Positions 24,274-36,540 of a stretch of 60,000 bases of DNA are shown in pieces. Within the stretch, counting starts at the first letter, position 1. Every line of letters starts with the position of its first letter. The notes under the pieces were generated by a model that was given only the letters and a program-made list of their open reading frames with translations, was not told where the DNA came from and did not search any database. This DNA is from Lama glama (lineage: Eukaryota): positions 8,496,001 to 8,556,000 of the forward strand of contig CM052832.1 of NCBI GenBank assembly GCA_028534125.1, given 5' to 3'. Position numbers and translations under genes: made by a program.

Positions 24274-24410
24274 CCACCACCCTTCCATGATTTGTACTGT
24301 ACAACTGCACAAGGTTTATTCCTCAAATGAGGATTTTGCCGCTGCTCCACTTGAACGAAAAAACAGTCCATGTCCACTAGAGCAACTACCCGATCTTGCC
24401 CATTAGCCAT
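24274..24410 (-). CDS. POLH: DNA polymerase eta, exon 2 coding part (start codon)
   Basis: tacag|AAAA ATG; MANGQDRVVALVDMDCFFVQVEQRQNPHLRNKPCAVVQYKSWKGGG (Y-family DMDCFF motif); donor gtatgt. Confidence 0.97.
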
Positions 24411-24899
24411 TTTTCTGTAAGACAGTATTTTATGGACAGTTAGAAAGGATACCTAATCTAAAGTGCCAAGGAAAATTGTATCTCCATTATTCCACTGTTG
24501 AAATTACCATAAACATGGGAGCATGGAAAATAACAAGAATGAAATAGGCATTTTCACATACGCTGGCAGAATAATAAATTGATATAATTTTAGGAAGGTA
24601 ATAAATATTAAAAGCTTAAAAGAAAACCCATCCCCCAAAGAACTGAAAAAAGATATACAAACAGTCAACAGGCACATAAAAGTGGCTCAATATCATTAGT
24701 CATAGGTAAATGCAAATTAAAACCATAATGCACATCAATGGAGGGATAAAGCCAACCGTTTTAATCTAGTTGACAGACAAATCTCATATATAACATATAA
24801 GTTCAAGGAAAAGAGAAGCAGCTTATATATATATATAAGAAGCTCATATATATATAATACTTGTATATATTATATATATATCATAGAATTCACATGAAT

Positions 24900-25510
24900 T
24901 TTTTTAACTTTTTATTTTGAAATACTTTAAGACTTACAGAAAAGTTGCAAATATAGTATGGTTCTCCTACACCTAGTTTCCCCTAATGCTAACATTTTGC
25001 ACAGCACAATTATCAAAACTAAAAAAATGAACATTGGTACAATATTCACACTACATATTTCACTTGAATTTTACTGGTTATTCTGTGATACTTCTTCATG
25101 TTTTTCATAACCATGTGTCAACACTTTTGAAGGGAACTACTCAGTTACTTTGAGAATGTCTCTCTATTTAGGTTTGTCTGTTTTCTCTTGATTAGACTAG
25201 GTTATGCATTTTGGACGAGAATATTATGGAAGTATTCTGCTTTTCTCAGTGTATCATGCCAAGAGGTACGTGATGTCAGTATGTCTTAATACTAGTGATG
25301 TTAAGCATATTATTTGGTTGAGATACTGTTTGCTAGGTATCTCACTATAAAGTTATTATTTTTCCTTTAGTAGCTAATATCTTAGGGGAGATACTTTGAG
25401 ACTATACAAATACCCTGTTTCTCCTCAAACTTTTCAACTGCTAAGAACCCATCAGTGGATCTGGCTTGTAATAATTACTTTGTAGTCTTCTAATGGTGAT
25501 TTTCTACCAA
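24900..25510 (-). mobile_element. Old L1 (L1MC-like) 3' UTR fragment
   Basis: ttttattttgaaata...acttacagaaaagttgcaa...gattagactaggttatgcattttgg...gggagatactttgagactat. Confidence 0.7.
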
Positions 25511-25679
25511 TTCATGTAAATTTTTGAAAACAAGAAGAAAACAATGCTACAAACTATTCGTGAACATTCATAAAGGTATAGATGCTAGATTGAAAGAACA
25601 AATTTCACATACAGTGGATACAAACTAATGTTTTCATTTAACATTGACAGAAATCTGGAAGAAGGAATATAAACTAATG

Positions 25680-25839
25680 CAGTGACAAACTTTGCTACAG
25701 ATTGGAATCACCGAGGAACCTTTAAATACTATTGATATCTGGTTTCTACCACCTGACATCTAATTTAATTGGTGTGGGTGTGACCTAGGCATCGTGAGTT
25801 TTAAAAACTCTAATAGGCAGCAGAGATTGGGAACCACTG
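25680..25839. mobile_element. MER5A-like DNA transposon fossil
   Basis: caaactttgct...ttggaatcacc...ggtgtgacctaggcatc...tttaaaaactc...gggaaccactg. Confidence 0.7.
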
Positions 25840-26211
25840 ACCTAAAGTAAACAAGATACTTACGGAAACATCAGTAATTCATGATTTAAATGTGAGAAAC
25901 ACAGGTTATACAGTTGAGTAAGCACTCAACAGTATTCTTTTTTTAATGTCAAAAACTAACATTCACCTTGAAAAAAGTGTCATGCAACTACAAAGCTGGA
26001 AGATTAGTGGAAAGAAAATGATGAATTTAAAAAAATCAGAGTAGTCAAGGCATTAATTCCTTATCAATTCCACTTACCTAAAACAGACAGAATGTGATAA
26101 TTTAAACACTTATAAGTTAAAATCATAACATGCCAGAAATCAGTTTACCTTGAAGTGGCTTTTGTGTAGTACTGGAACAGATAACCCCACATTAAAAATA
26201 GTAAATGCACT

Positions 26212-26243
26212 GTCTCTCTCTCACACACACACACACACACAAA
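26212..26243. repeat. (CT)n(CA)n microsatellite
   Basis: tctctctctcacacacacacacacacacaaac. Confidence 0.9.
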
Positions 26244-26850
26244 CACCAGTTAAGTACAATATTAGATACAAATACTAGAAGTGTGAATAGGGAGCAGTGA
26301 TTGAAGTTCTGCAAACACTTCCTAAATATACAAACGCCAAAACGGATATTCAGACTTTAACTTCTAGTTTTCAGTTTATGTATTTCATTGGAGAAAGCAA
26401 GAGCTTTTCAAAGTTGAAACATGAAACACACTCTGCCAAAACCCTCCTGTGGGAATAAGGATTACACTACTTCGAAGTCTTGCGGGTACATAGCACTTCA
26501 AATGGTCAAAACTGCACAACCCTTCAGTAATTGCAGTTATTCACCTTTAAATTCTCGATTTATCCCAATCTGCAGCTTGGCGCCGATCAGATGATAATAC
26601 ACCTAAGGAAAATAAGTACAGGTGAAGAGGGAAGTTTAAGAGCTACAGAGGAAATAACCATTTCCGCACCGCCAGGAAAAATCCTCTTGGAGGCAATACC
26701 AGGGCCTTATCTATCTGTGAGCAAGGATTTTTGTTTCATGTAATTTCGGCCCAGTGCTGTCACCAGTTGCTGCTACATTGTACAACCAATAGCCAAGGCA
26801 ACACCAAAGGTCTGAAAACAGAGATACCCAACGGTTCTAAGTTCTCTTAC

Positions 26851-27180
26851 CAATGTGACAAAACACCTGGCAAAATCGCCGCTCGCGGACGCTGCCGATG
26901 CTGGGCTCGGTGTCCACGGGAAGGAAGATGAAGGGATCTTGAATATCTGTCCCCTTTCTCGGAGCGGGTCAGTCTGTTTCGAAAGAGATTTATTCCCTGT
27001 AACGACAGGGAAAAGGACCAAGTGCCGCACACGATCCTTGCCCGGGCAGCTTCCTGAACAGCCAGGCGGGTTCGGGGACCGCCGGCCGGTGCGCTAAGCT
27101 GTCAGCCCTCGGGGTAGATATCAGACAGCGCGCGCGCCGCCGAGGGCCGTTGACGCGCCTGCGCACCGCGGCCCTTACGT
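26851..27180 (-). other. POLH: POLH non-coding exon 1 (5' end approximate)
   Basis: Strong donor ...GTCACATTG|gtaaga (intron begins at 26850) at the edge of the CpG island; splices to the exon 2 acceptor (24414) just ahead of the ATG. Confidence 0.7.
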
Positions 27181-27790
27181 CTTCCGCTCCGCCTACCGAG
27201 GAGCAACCGTCACAAGGGAGCCGCCACTTCCGCGGACGCATGCGCAGTGGCGGGTCGGGCGCGTGCGTAGCGCCGGCTCTTTCCCGGCTGGATCTTCTGC
27301 CGCTCACGCTCCTCCTCCCGCTCCCCGCCCGCCCCCCCACGCAGCCCGCCGCGGCCCGGTACCAGCGTGTGGTCCCGCGAAAGGAGCGGTCGGTGCCTCG
27401 TGCTCCCGGGACGGCTGTAGTGCACGCTCGCGGCGCGTGGCACTAGGCATGGCGATGGATCAAGTGAACGCGCTGTGCGAGCAGCTGGTGAAAGCGGTGA
27501 CGGTCATGATGGACCCCAGCTCCACCCAGCGCTACCGGCTAGAAGCCCTCAAGGTAGCTGGGGTCTGGCGCCCCGGGCCTGCCCCCGAGACCCTCCCCTA
27601 GCCCCAGCCGTCCCGGCGCAGCCCATAACCCTGGCCGTCTCACGCCCACGCGGCCCCTGGACCTCGGTCCTCAACCCCGGGGGGCCTCCCCCTCGCCGTC
27701 CTCCGCGCCTCTTCCCACTCCCCGCCTTCTCTGCTCGCCGCGCCTGCCCTTCTCCCGGGACGCTGTGTATCTAGCTGCTTGTGACCGTCT
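26860..27790. promoter_or_regulatory. CpG island / bidirectional promoter shared by POLH and XPO5
   Basis: High GC and CpG density; NRF1-like GCGCCTGCGCA (27155-27165) and CGCATGCGCA (27237-27246), ETS/GABP CACTTCCG (27225-27232), E2F-like TTTCCCGGC (27280-27288); head-to-head genes. Confidence 0.88.
27449..27553 (+). CDS. XPO5: Exportin-5, exon 1 coding part
   Basis: ggcATGG Kozak; MAMDQVNALCEQLVKAVTVMMDPSSTQRYRLEALK|gtagct. Confidence 0.96.
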
Positions 27791-28914
27791 CACCACTTCC
27801 CACTGCCCTCTCCTCCCCCTTTACCCACTTCTGTTCACTCTTGTCCGCACCACGACCCCCTCCTCAGCCAGCTGCACCCACTTTATTCCTCTAAGCCCCA
27901 TATTCCGGCGCCTTCCCGTGGCCCACGTGTCCAGTCCGTCCCCAGCCACATTCTTTATGGTCTCCCCTGCACTAAATGTTTCCCTGCTGACCCTCTCCTG
28001 ACCCACCCTAACCGAGCTCCAGCCCCGCTAGTGCCCTTTACTTTTCATCCTTACACCTCCTCTTCAGTGTCTTGGGTATTTCTGGGCCAGTTCTCACACC
28101 CCAACCCCCATGTTTTTTATTGTGTGTATTCTAAGACTATTTTGCGTTAAGATGAACTTCTACCGCTTACTTTGCATTTTAACAAGGGCCCTTTGGTTTC
28201 CTGAAAGTAGTTTTCTTGACTCCCGGATGCTCTGCTACCAGGACTAACTCTTGTGTTTTAATTGGGAATGCGAATACAAATTGATGCTAATACAGTTGGA
28301 GCTTATTCCCGTGTCAAACAATGTATGTGGGCTGTGAGAAATGACCCCTAGGAAAAAATACTTGTGCTGTGCATATTTTTAAGAGCAGTAACTTCATAAA
28401 GTAGAGTGAGCATCACTTGGAGGAAACTTTACAATATATAGATATATGCTCCAGGATTTGGAATCAGAAACATTTGGGTTGTACTACTTTGTTTCTTACT
28501 AAGAAATAATAAAAATAGACACAAAAGTGGAATACCACAGCAATCTTGTGTTTACACATCACCTAAACTCAGCAGGTGTAAACATTTTACCACATTTGCT
28601 TTATCCCTTACCTCACCAAAGGTTTTTAAAGCAAATCCTAGAAATTGTAATTTTACGCCTATATACTTAAGGGGTATGTCTCCAACATTTTTTTTACTCA
28701 TTTAGATAAGATTTTTTTCCTTCAACATTAATTGGCCATTGCATGGGAAATTTGGAATTATCGAAGTGAAAGGAATGTGTATCAGTTCTTTATTCATATA
28801 ATATTGATCTAGATTTTGCAACTTTATAGCTGTGGTTGGAGTTTAAGATGAAGCTTTTTTAGTCCCCAGTCTCTCTTGGCTCCTAAGGGAAACACTAACT
28901 TTTCTTCTTTTCAG

Positions 28915-29036
28915 TTTTGTGAGGAGTTTAAAGAGAAGTGCCCTATCTGTGTCCCCTGTGGCTTGCGATTGGCTGAGAAAACACAAATTGCCATCGTCAG
29001 ACATTTTGGCCTTCAGATCCTGGAACATGTTGTCAA
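28915..29036 (+). CDS. XPO5: Exportin-5, exon 2
   Basis: tttcag|FCEEFKEKCPICVPCGLRLAEKTQIAIVRHFGLQILEHVVK|gtaagg. Confidence 0.96.
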
Positions 29037-29937
29037 GTAAGGAGCTTTTGAACCTTACCACTGAAGTGTGTGAAAGAGCAAATCTTTATTTCTTATATAA
29101 CTCATAGAGATACTTTTTTAGGTGAGTAGATAAAAGCAGCCCCCAGGGAAAAAGGAATGATCCCTGAGAGGTGGGAGCTCTCATTCAAAACTTAACCTTT
29201 CTCTTCTTCAATCTCTTCATCCATGTAAACGGCGTGATACACTAAGCATTCTACAAATATTAGCTCATAGTCATTCAGCCAGCATTTATTGAGCTCCAAA
29301 TATATGCCAGCAAACCTCTAAATCTTTTTAGAATAATGTAGTGTACAGGTAAATAAATCTCTGATTAGGCACTGTGCCTGTAATTTTTTTTCTTTAAGTT
29401 TGAGTTTGTGCCTTCTTTGAATGGCAAATTCAAAAGCAGGATTATTTGAGAATAACTGAGAACCCCTCCTAACTTGAGTCTCCTACCTCCAGTGCCTATT
29501 GAAGAATCAGCTTTAAAATTTGGCTACAATTTTTCTGAATTGTGCTATTACCTTGTAAGCCAGTGCAGAAAGGGAGTCAGTGCTATCAGGATACTATTTT
29601 CTGAAAAGCAGCTACATTGTTGCAGTTGTCCCAGATGTATATTTGCATTTGTCTGTCAGTAAAATCAAAGGGGAAAGCTGATTTGTGCACAAATCCTGCA
29701 CAGATTCCAATTACTGGACCACTGCCTGTATAAAACTCAGGTTTCCCAAGAATTTTTCTGTTAGCATTTTGGTTAAATGTGGACTATTTTTGTCCTTTCT
29801 TTGAAGGATACAAAGTCAGAAGTATAATTTCTTAGTGAAATCACCAGCGTAATTTTAACACAGGAATCAAAGCTAGTCTCTTCTGAAGAGAAGACTTCTA
29901 ATGTGGTTCTGTTGACTTTATGCATTTTGGTGGCCAG

Positions 29938-30010
29938 GTTTCGGTGGAACAGCATGTCTCGATTGGAGAAGGTCTATCTGAAGAACAGTGTCATGGAGCT
30001 GATTGCAAAT
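29938..30010 (+). CDS. XPO5: Exportin-5, exon 3
   Basis: ggccag|FRWNSMSRLEKVYLKNSVMELIAN|gtaagg. Confidence 0.95.
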
Positions 30011-31073
30011 GTAAGGAATGGTTGGTTGGAAGACTTGTGTTTCCAAGGTAGTTTAGACAAAGTGTGACTTTTCCAATGTAGTGTTTGTGTGAAAATTCAC
30101 CAGTTCTACGTAGGTTAAGCAGCATGCTTTGTGTAGTATTAAATGTTACCTTCAAGGTAAAAAGAACCACAATCACCAGAAATTATAGTTCATCACATTT
30201 CTGTTACTAGGTTTTATTAATCCCTTATGTGTTGGCTTCTATTTTGAAAATTATCAAGACAGGGCAGAGGAGATTAAACACTTCGGCAAATGAATAAGAT
30301 TCTCAGATTAATCAATTCTAAATTAGATTGCACTTTGCTATATTTTTCCTTTTATGCTCATCTGAATTACCTTATGCTACTAGCAGTAAGAAAATATGCT
30401 GAATGAGTTTGTTTCAGGAGTTAAGAGTATGATTAAACATGTCTAGAATCCACAGCCTTTTTGTTCTTTTTTGCAAAGGGCATGAAGAGGCAAATTCCCA
30501 CCCCTTTTCATCCCCAAAGTCTAATGTCTTTAATTTAAAAAAAAAAAAAAGATTCTAGGATTTGTATTTTGTTGGTTCTGGGGAAACTTGATAGAAGCCA
30601 TAATTCATTAATCTTGATATTAAACTTCAAAAGAGAGTCCCAGAAATGGTCTTTCTGTATCTTCTAGCACCAGAACTATTGGTAAAATATTCAGTTGCTC
30701 CTAACTCTCCTATTTTATCAGCCTCTCAGTGGATTCCTTATTTCTATACTCTTCCACCCTGACCCTCTTAGAAAATGAAACAATTAATATGAGAGTCTCT
30801 TTAGTTTGTAAAGGAGAAGAACAGTGATGTCTTCCTTGCTCCATGTGATGGCCATTTTACTAGCTGATGCAACCCTCTGTTAAGCTTTATTTAAGTGGAA
30901 AGAATGACTAGTGAGAATGCAGGACAAGTGACTCAGACATGGAGAACAGGTTTGTTTTAAACAGGTTTCATTTAAAAGAAGTCCTGCTCATGAGTTTTGC
31001 ACACTTTTACAGCCCAGTTTTTTCCCTTGAATTCAGTCTTTCAGACCTCTTGATATCTCTTGTTTTCTTTCAG

Positions 31074-31211
31074 GGAACACTGAACATTTTGGAAGAGGAG
31101 AACCATATTAAAGATGTTCTGTCTCGAATTGTAGTAGAAATGATCAAGCGGGAGTGGCCACAGCACTGGCCTGACATGCTAATAGAATTGGACATCCTTT
31201 CCAAACAAGGG
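31074..31211 (+). CDS. XPO5: Exportin-5, exon 4
   Basis: tttcag|GTLNILEEENHIKDVLSRIVVEMIKREWPQHWPDMLIELDILSKQG|gtatgc. Confidence 0.96.
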
Positions 31212-31365
31212 GTATGCAGTGCAGTTGTATCAATTCAAGTTTTGGCTTTTGCTTGCTCTTCAGGGTTTTTTTTTTTTTTTTTGTCTTATCAGCAGAAAAG
31301 AGCCTTTGGTCATGTTTATAATGAAAAAGATGTTTAGTTTAACTAGCTTATTTCTATTGGCGTAG

Positions 31366-31548
31366 GAAACACAGACAGAATTAGTGATGTTCATCCTTTT
31401 GCGACTGGCAGAAGATGTAGTGACCTTTCAGACTCTACCCCCTCAGAGAAGAAGGGATATCCAGCAAACATTAACCCAGAACATGGAAAGAATCTTCAGT
31501 TTTCTACTCAACACACTTCAAGAAAATGTAAACAAGTACCAACAAGTG
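31366..31548 (+). CDS. XPO5: Exportin-5, exon 5
   Basis: gcgtag|ETQTELVMFILLRLAEDVVTFQTLPPQRRRDIQQTLTQNMERIFSFLLNTLQENVNKYQQV|gtaagg. Confidence 0.96.
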
Positions 31549-32092
31549 GTAAGGGATACCCCCACCTCTCCGAAGTTCTATTTTCAGATGAGTGGTTTTT
31601 GTTTGTTTTTTAAAGTTAATCCTTCAGCAAGAACTAGGGTGTTTAGTTCAGTAAAAGAAAAGGTTATTCTATAAGCAAAAAAGAAACAGATGACGGGAAG
31701 AACTGGAACTAATTTTCTAAGAAGCGCAATTCAGTGAGTTTCCTACCTACTAGAAAAAAATAATTCCATTTAAGTAAGAAAATCTTAAAATAGTATAAAA
31801 ATGGAGGTTAATTCTTTGTCTTTGAAAATCCAGATTTCTGAAAGGTCAGGATAGTATCTGTTATATATATATATATTTTTTTTATCTCTGTTATATTTTG
31901 ACATCCCATTAGTCTTGATCCCTTTTGCAGTGGAACCTGTGCCTTATTAATCTTGATTACATGATTCCTGATATTTATTCCTGATGAGGTTTTTCTTCTG
32001 CAGAAAAGAACAAGCCAGGTTCTGTCTCTCCAACCATTGTCATTTTTAGAAAAGAGCCTTCAGAGGAAGGCAGTGTGAAAGTTAATCTGGTG

Positions 32093-32256
32093 CAGTGTTT
32101 CTCAGTGGGAGGTTGTCACAACTAGGGATTGCTACTGCCATCTAGTGGGTAGAGGCCGGGTGTGCTGCTGAACATTCTGTAATGTCCAGAACAGTCTTCC
32201 ACAATAAAGAATTATCCCACCCAAAATGTCAGTAGTACTGAAGTTTCAAAATCCTA
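32093..32256. mobile_element. MER20-like DNA transposon fossil
   Basis: cagtgtttctca...gttgtcacaact...tgctactgccatctagtgggtagaggcc...aagaattatcccacccaaaatgtcagtagt. Confidence 0.8.
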
Positions 32257-33935
32257 ATGTAGAATCCTCATACATGCTTATTTCACAAAAAAAGATTCAT
32301 CAAAATTATTTTTTTGTGCCTCTGGCAGCTTCATTAGACATATTTTCAGGGAAGTGTTAGAAACTAATACAAATAACGACAAGGTAAGTGTGAGCTGTTA
32401 GGGTAGGGAGAAACTCACAGTGAGTGACTAATATATACCATATGCTTTTCCACACATGGTATGTTATTTAATCCTCAAAACAATCTAAGAGTCAGAAAGT
32501 ACTATCTCCATATTACGGATGAGGAAACCAAGGCTCAGAGAATAATTATTGAAGATTCCCTAATAAATGATTGTGGTGGAATTCAAGCCCCATTCTTTTT
32601 GCTAGAGTGGACTTTTCCCATCAAAATATCTCCACAAGATTTTTTGAAAAAATGTCAAGAAAGTATTTGCATTTGAAAACGTGTGCTGAGGGTGAAAAAG
32701 TAATTCTTTTTGTTTTACCCTAGATTTAATCCCTCAGAAAAGGCGAACAAATCTTGAATGTTTAGATACCCTCGGTATCTAGCCAGCATGCCGGAGCAGG
32801 CTAGCTGCAGTTGGTGGTGATCTGACACGAGTTAGAAACACATCCGCTGGTGTTTTTCTTTAGCCTCGGTTTCTGTTCCCTCCATCTGTTAAACCAGGCT
32901 ACTACTTGTGCCCAGGACCAGAGCGCACCAGAGGACGTCTTTTGTACCTGAAACTTCTCAGTTTGCTCATAGTTTCTTCTCTGCATCCATCCCTTCACCT
33001 CCCCCACTGGGGCATGGGCTGGACGGTAAACAAGGGTGGGATGAGTAGGCTTCTCCCTGTGCCATCGCCTGGCTCCTGCACTGGTCCCAGGGGCAGGATA
33101 GGATCCGAATGGGAAGGCAGAGTTTGTGGAGAGGAGGCTATGGGCTGGGCTTGACTGTTGTCGCCTGAAGCCCTTTTCCTTCTTCGGCAACATCATTAGA
33201 TGATGGTGAGCGGGTTCTACTCATCTCTGCCCCATTAACACTGATGATGGAGGTTTAATACTTGTTCTGTTAGAAAAAATACTTTTTGAAAGTTGGAAAA
33301 GGAATTGTAAAACACATCCTTTATGATGCTTATGATGGTAAGTTTTCAGGTACTTCAGAATGTTATTTCTTCTTGTACAAGTATTATGTAATTCACTGAA
33401 CGGACATTTCTTTGATCTATTTAGCATTTAATATTTTTGTGTGTGTGATTTTCCTGTAGTTATGTCTATACGTACATGATCATGAATTGTATTCATTTAA
33501 TTTTGTTTCTGCTTTTTTCCATCAACATTACATTATTTCAGTATACCTTTGCCAGTTCTAATTTGTCTTTATTTAAATATGGAAGAATGCTAATATTTTG
33601 TTTTAAACAGTGTTTCTCTTATCATTGGCATTGTCTAGCTTGCTTAATTGTTCATCTGTTAGTTGTATTTCTTTGTAAACTGAGTGCTTTGAAACTGTCT
33701 TTGTGGATCTTAATGTTCTAACAGATGTGTGTAAGCTCTTTAAATATTAACTTTTTGTCATATTGCTAAAACTAAAATAACCTGTACTCCTTTGGGGGAG
33801 AATCAGTTACATGTTCTTAGTAATGTTGTATTCTTTTCCAAGATTAAATGTTGAATCTGTATTTGAAAATCGTAATTCATAGGCCTAGATTATGAGGGTG
33901 GAAAATTATGACATAGCCTTTTTCTTTTCTTTCAG

Positions 33936-33962
33936 AAGACAGATAATTCTCAGGACCCAAAG
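33936..33962 (+). CDS. XPO5: Exportin-5, exon 6 (27-nt microexon)
   Basis: long polypyrimidine tract, ttcag|KTDNSQDPK|gtaaga; in frame between exons 5 and 7. Confidence 0.9.
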
Positions 33963-34359
33963 GTAAGAGCTCTTTGCGGAGTTGAAAGGAGACTTTTCTG
34001 AGGCTTTCCGGTACAGGGATGCATACACCTAGTGGAGGGTGACCTTGGCCTTGGTTTATTTGATCACTGATCTGTGGTGGAAAGGAGTTAAAATTATAAT
34101 ATCTGAGATTTCTTGAAGGATGTAAAATGGCCACATGTGCCAGTATGGTCTTATTGATGGACATTGAGAATGCCATTGTTTGAGAAGTGATTATGTATCA
34201 GAAGAAAACCTTTGAGTTCCCTATCAGTGACTGTTAAATGAGTATATTTTAAAAAAAATTTTTTTTAGTATTAGAAAATAGAAGAACCTCAGTTATAACC
34301 ACAGATTTCTCATCTGTTAGTGAGAATTTTACAGTTAAAAGTTATTTCTTTGCATGTAG

Positions 34360-34545
34360 GCCCAAGCAAACTGTCGAGTAGGAGTCGCAGCACTGAATAC
34401 TCTCGCGGGCTACATTGACTGGGTGTCCATGAACCACATCACTGCCGAAAACTGTAAACTCCTGGAGATGCTGTGCCTGCTTCTGAATGAACAGGAACTG
34501 CAGTTGGGAGCAGCCGAGTGTCTCCTCATCGCAGTCAGCAGAAAA
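34360..34545 (+). CDS. XPO5: Exportin-5, exon 7
   Basis: atgtag|AQANCRVGVAALNTLAGYIDWVSMNHITAENCKLLEMLCLLLNEQELQLGAAECLLIAVSRK|gtaagt. Confidence 0.96.
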
Positions 34546-35193
34546 GTAAGTACCACTTCAGACTGACTTTGATCCTCAGAGTCTCTGAGGAGTACATAAG
34601 TGTTTAATTGCATGTTGTGGTGAAAGACGTTTAAAGGTTTGGGGTTCTGTTTTGGGGGATTTGGTTTTTTAACTTGTCACCAACTTAACTTACTTGCCTC
34701 CAATCCCCTTGAATGGTAGTTTGCCAATATTCTAGGGATCTGCTGGCAGGATATACAGAGATTTGTAGGGCTACTTTGTTCTTAAAACAGCTGTGAATCT
34801 TGGCACTTCACACTTAAGATATGAGATTACAAATATTAAAGTTTAAAACTCATATAGTGTTATGTCAAAGGATCTTAGAAGATGACTACACTGGCTTTGT
34901 ATTTGTCTTGGCTAACAAATGGGACCGTGACTCTTCTCCATAGGAATGTTATTTTCAGATGTAATTTACTTTGCTTTCATATCAGCATAATTGCCCAATA
35001 CATTTTAAAATATAAGTTTTATCCAGATTTGGGCTTAAAGAATTTGCTTTTTATTAGTGTTCAGTTAGCCCTGGGCTGTGTGAGAAATTAGGAAGTCAGT
35101 ATATTTGAGTATATAGGTATAAAAGGTGTTAGTACTCGGAGGCTTTTAATGACATAGTTTGTATTACTTACGTTTCCCTCAAATTGGATCTAG

Positions 35194-35270
35194 GGCAAAT
35201 TGGAAGACCGGAAGCCCCTGATGGTCTTATTTGGAGATGTCGCCATGCACTATATACTCTCTGCTGCACA
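35194..35270 (+). CDS. XPO5: Exportin-5, exon 8
   Basis: atctag|GKLEDRKPLMVLFGDVAMHYILSAAQ|gtgagt. Confidence 0.95.
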
Positions 35271-36040
35271 GTGAGTATCTTTCTATGTGTTTTCCAATTT
35301 ATTTGTAATTTTTGTATCTTATCTGGTTATATCTGAAGTTCCTATCTGACTGTTGGCAGTCAGTTGACTATTTTTAATAGGAAAATCGGGCAGTCTTAAA
35401 GGGACTTTTCACGTTTCTGAAGACCTTATACTGGAGATAAGTTGTGGCTGTTGACTCAGCACCCACTGACTTTCACACTTTTCCCCATTCTTCCCAGATA
35501 GCTCATCTCCTTGGTTCTCTTTGTCTGCTTCTAATGATCTCTAAGCCCCCTAGTAGCCTTGGTAACTGGGCCTGAGAGTGCTCTGATCTGCTGGACCAGA
35601 GTCTGTCGTGGGGTCTGCCCTGATAGCAGAACTCCAGACACTCCTGCCTGCCCTCCTTGTCAAGGTAACCGATGCCTGGAGTGCTGAGGCTCTAGGCTGC
35701 AGCAGGAACAATGTGATCAGTGCAGAATATGTGCATAAAACCTGTAAACACGTTCTAGGTCCTGAAATAATGGCTTTTGCTTGTTTCCTTCAGCTTGCTC
35801 TGGAAAATGTTAGAGCATTTCCTGATAGATGTTTCTCACCAGGGAGGCAGGTAGAACTATGCAAGTAGTTGAAGCTGTCCCCACACCCACTTTTCAGTAC
35901 TCTTCCCTTTTGGTCCCAAGGACAAATAGAAAGATGAGAGCCCTGGATGTATTACTTTAAATCTTACTGTCCATTCTAACGTAGCTTTTTTACCCCCATC
36001 CCGCATAGCTTTTAGATGGCTTTCTTTCCTATGGATACTA

Positions 36041-36540
36041 NNNNNNNNNNNNNNNNNNNNNNNNNNNNNNNNNNNNNNNNNNNNNNNNNNNNNNNNNNNN
36101 NNNNNNNNNNNNNNNNNNNNNNNNNNNNNNNNNNNNNNNNNNNNNNNNNNNNNNNNNNNNNNNNNNNNNNNNNNNNNNNNNNNNNNNNNNNNNNNNNNNN
36201 NNNNNNNNNNNNNNNNNNNNNNNNNNNNNNNNNNNNNNNNNNNNNNNNNNNNNNNNNNNNNNNNNNNNNNNNNNNNNNNNNNNNNNNNNNNNNNNNNNNN
36301 NNNNNNNNNNNNNNNNNNNNNNNNNNNNNNNNNNNNNNNNNNNNNNNNNNNNNNNNNNNNNNNNNNNNNNNNNNNNNNNNNNNNNNNNNNNNNNNNNNNN
36401 NNNNNNNNNNNNNNNNNNNNNNNNNNNNNNNNNNNNNNNNNNNNNNNNNNNNNNNNNNNNNNNNNNNNNNNNNNNNNNNNNNNNNNNNNNNNNNNNNNNN
36501 NNNNNNNNNNNNNNNNNNNNNNNNNNNNNNNNNNNNNNNN
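36041..36540. other. Assembly gap (500 N)
   Basis: Run of N directly abutting an L1 fragment. Confidence 0.99.

Noticed and set aside
24820..24882. TA-rich palindromes as hairpin/miRNA precursors (also 8436-8458)
   Set aside because: Simple (TA)n microsatellites are self-complementary by construction
27034..27053. Possible p53 response element in POLH exon 1 (atcCTTGccc gggCAGCttc)
   Set aside because: The second half-site lacks the CWWG core and the first has a poor purine flank; not supportable from sequence alone
26773..27774. Multiple overlapping ORFs in the CpG island
   Set aside because: Stop-poor GC-rich DNA gives Arg/Pro/Ala-rich spurious ORFs; only XPO5 27449-27553 is supported
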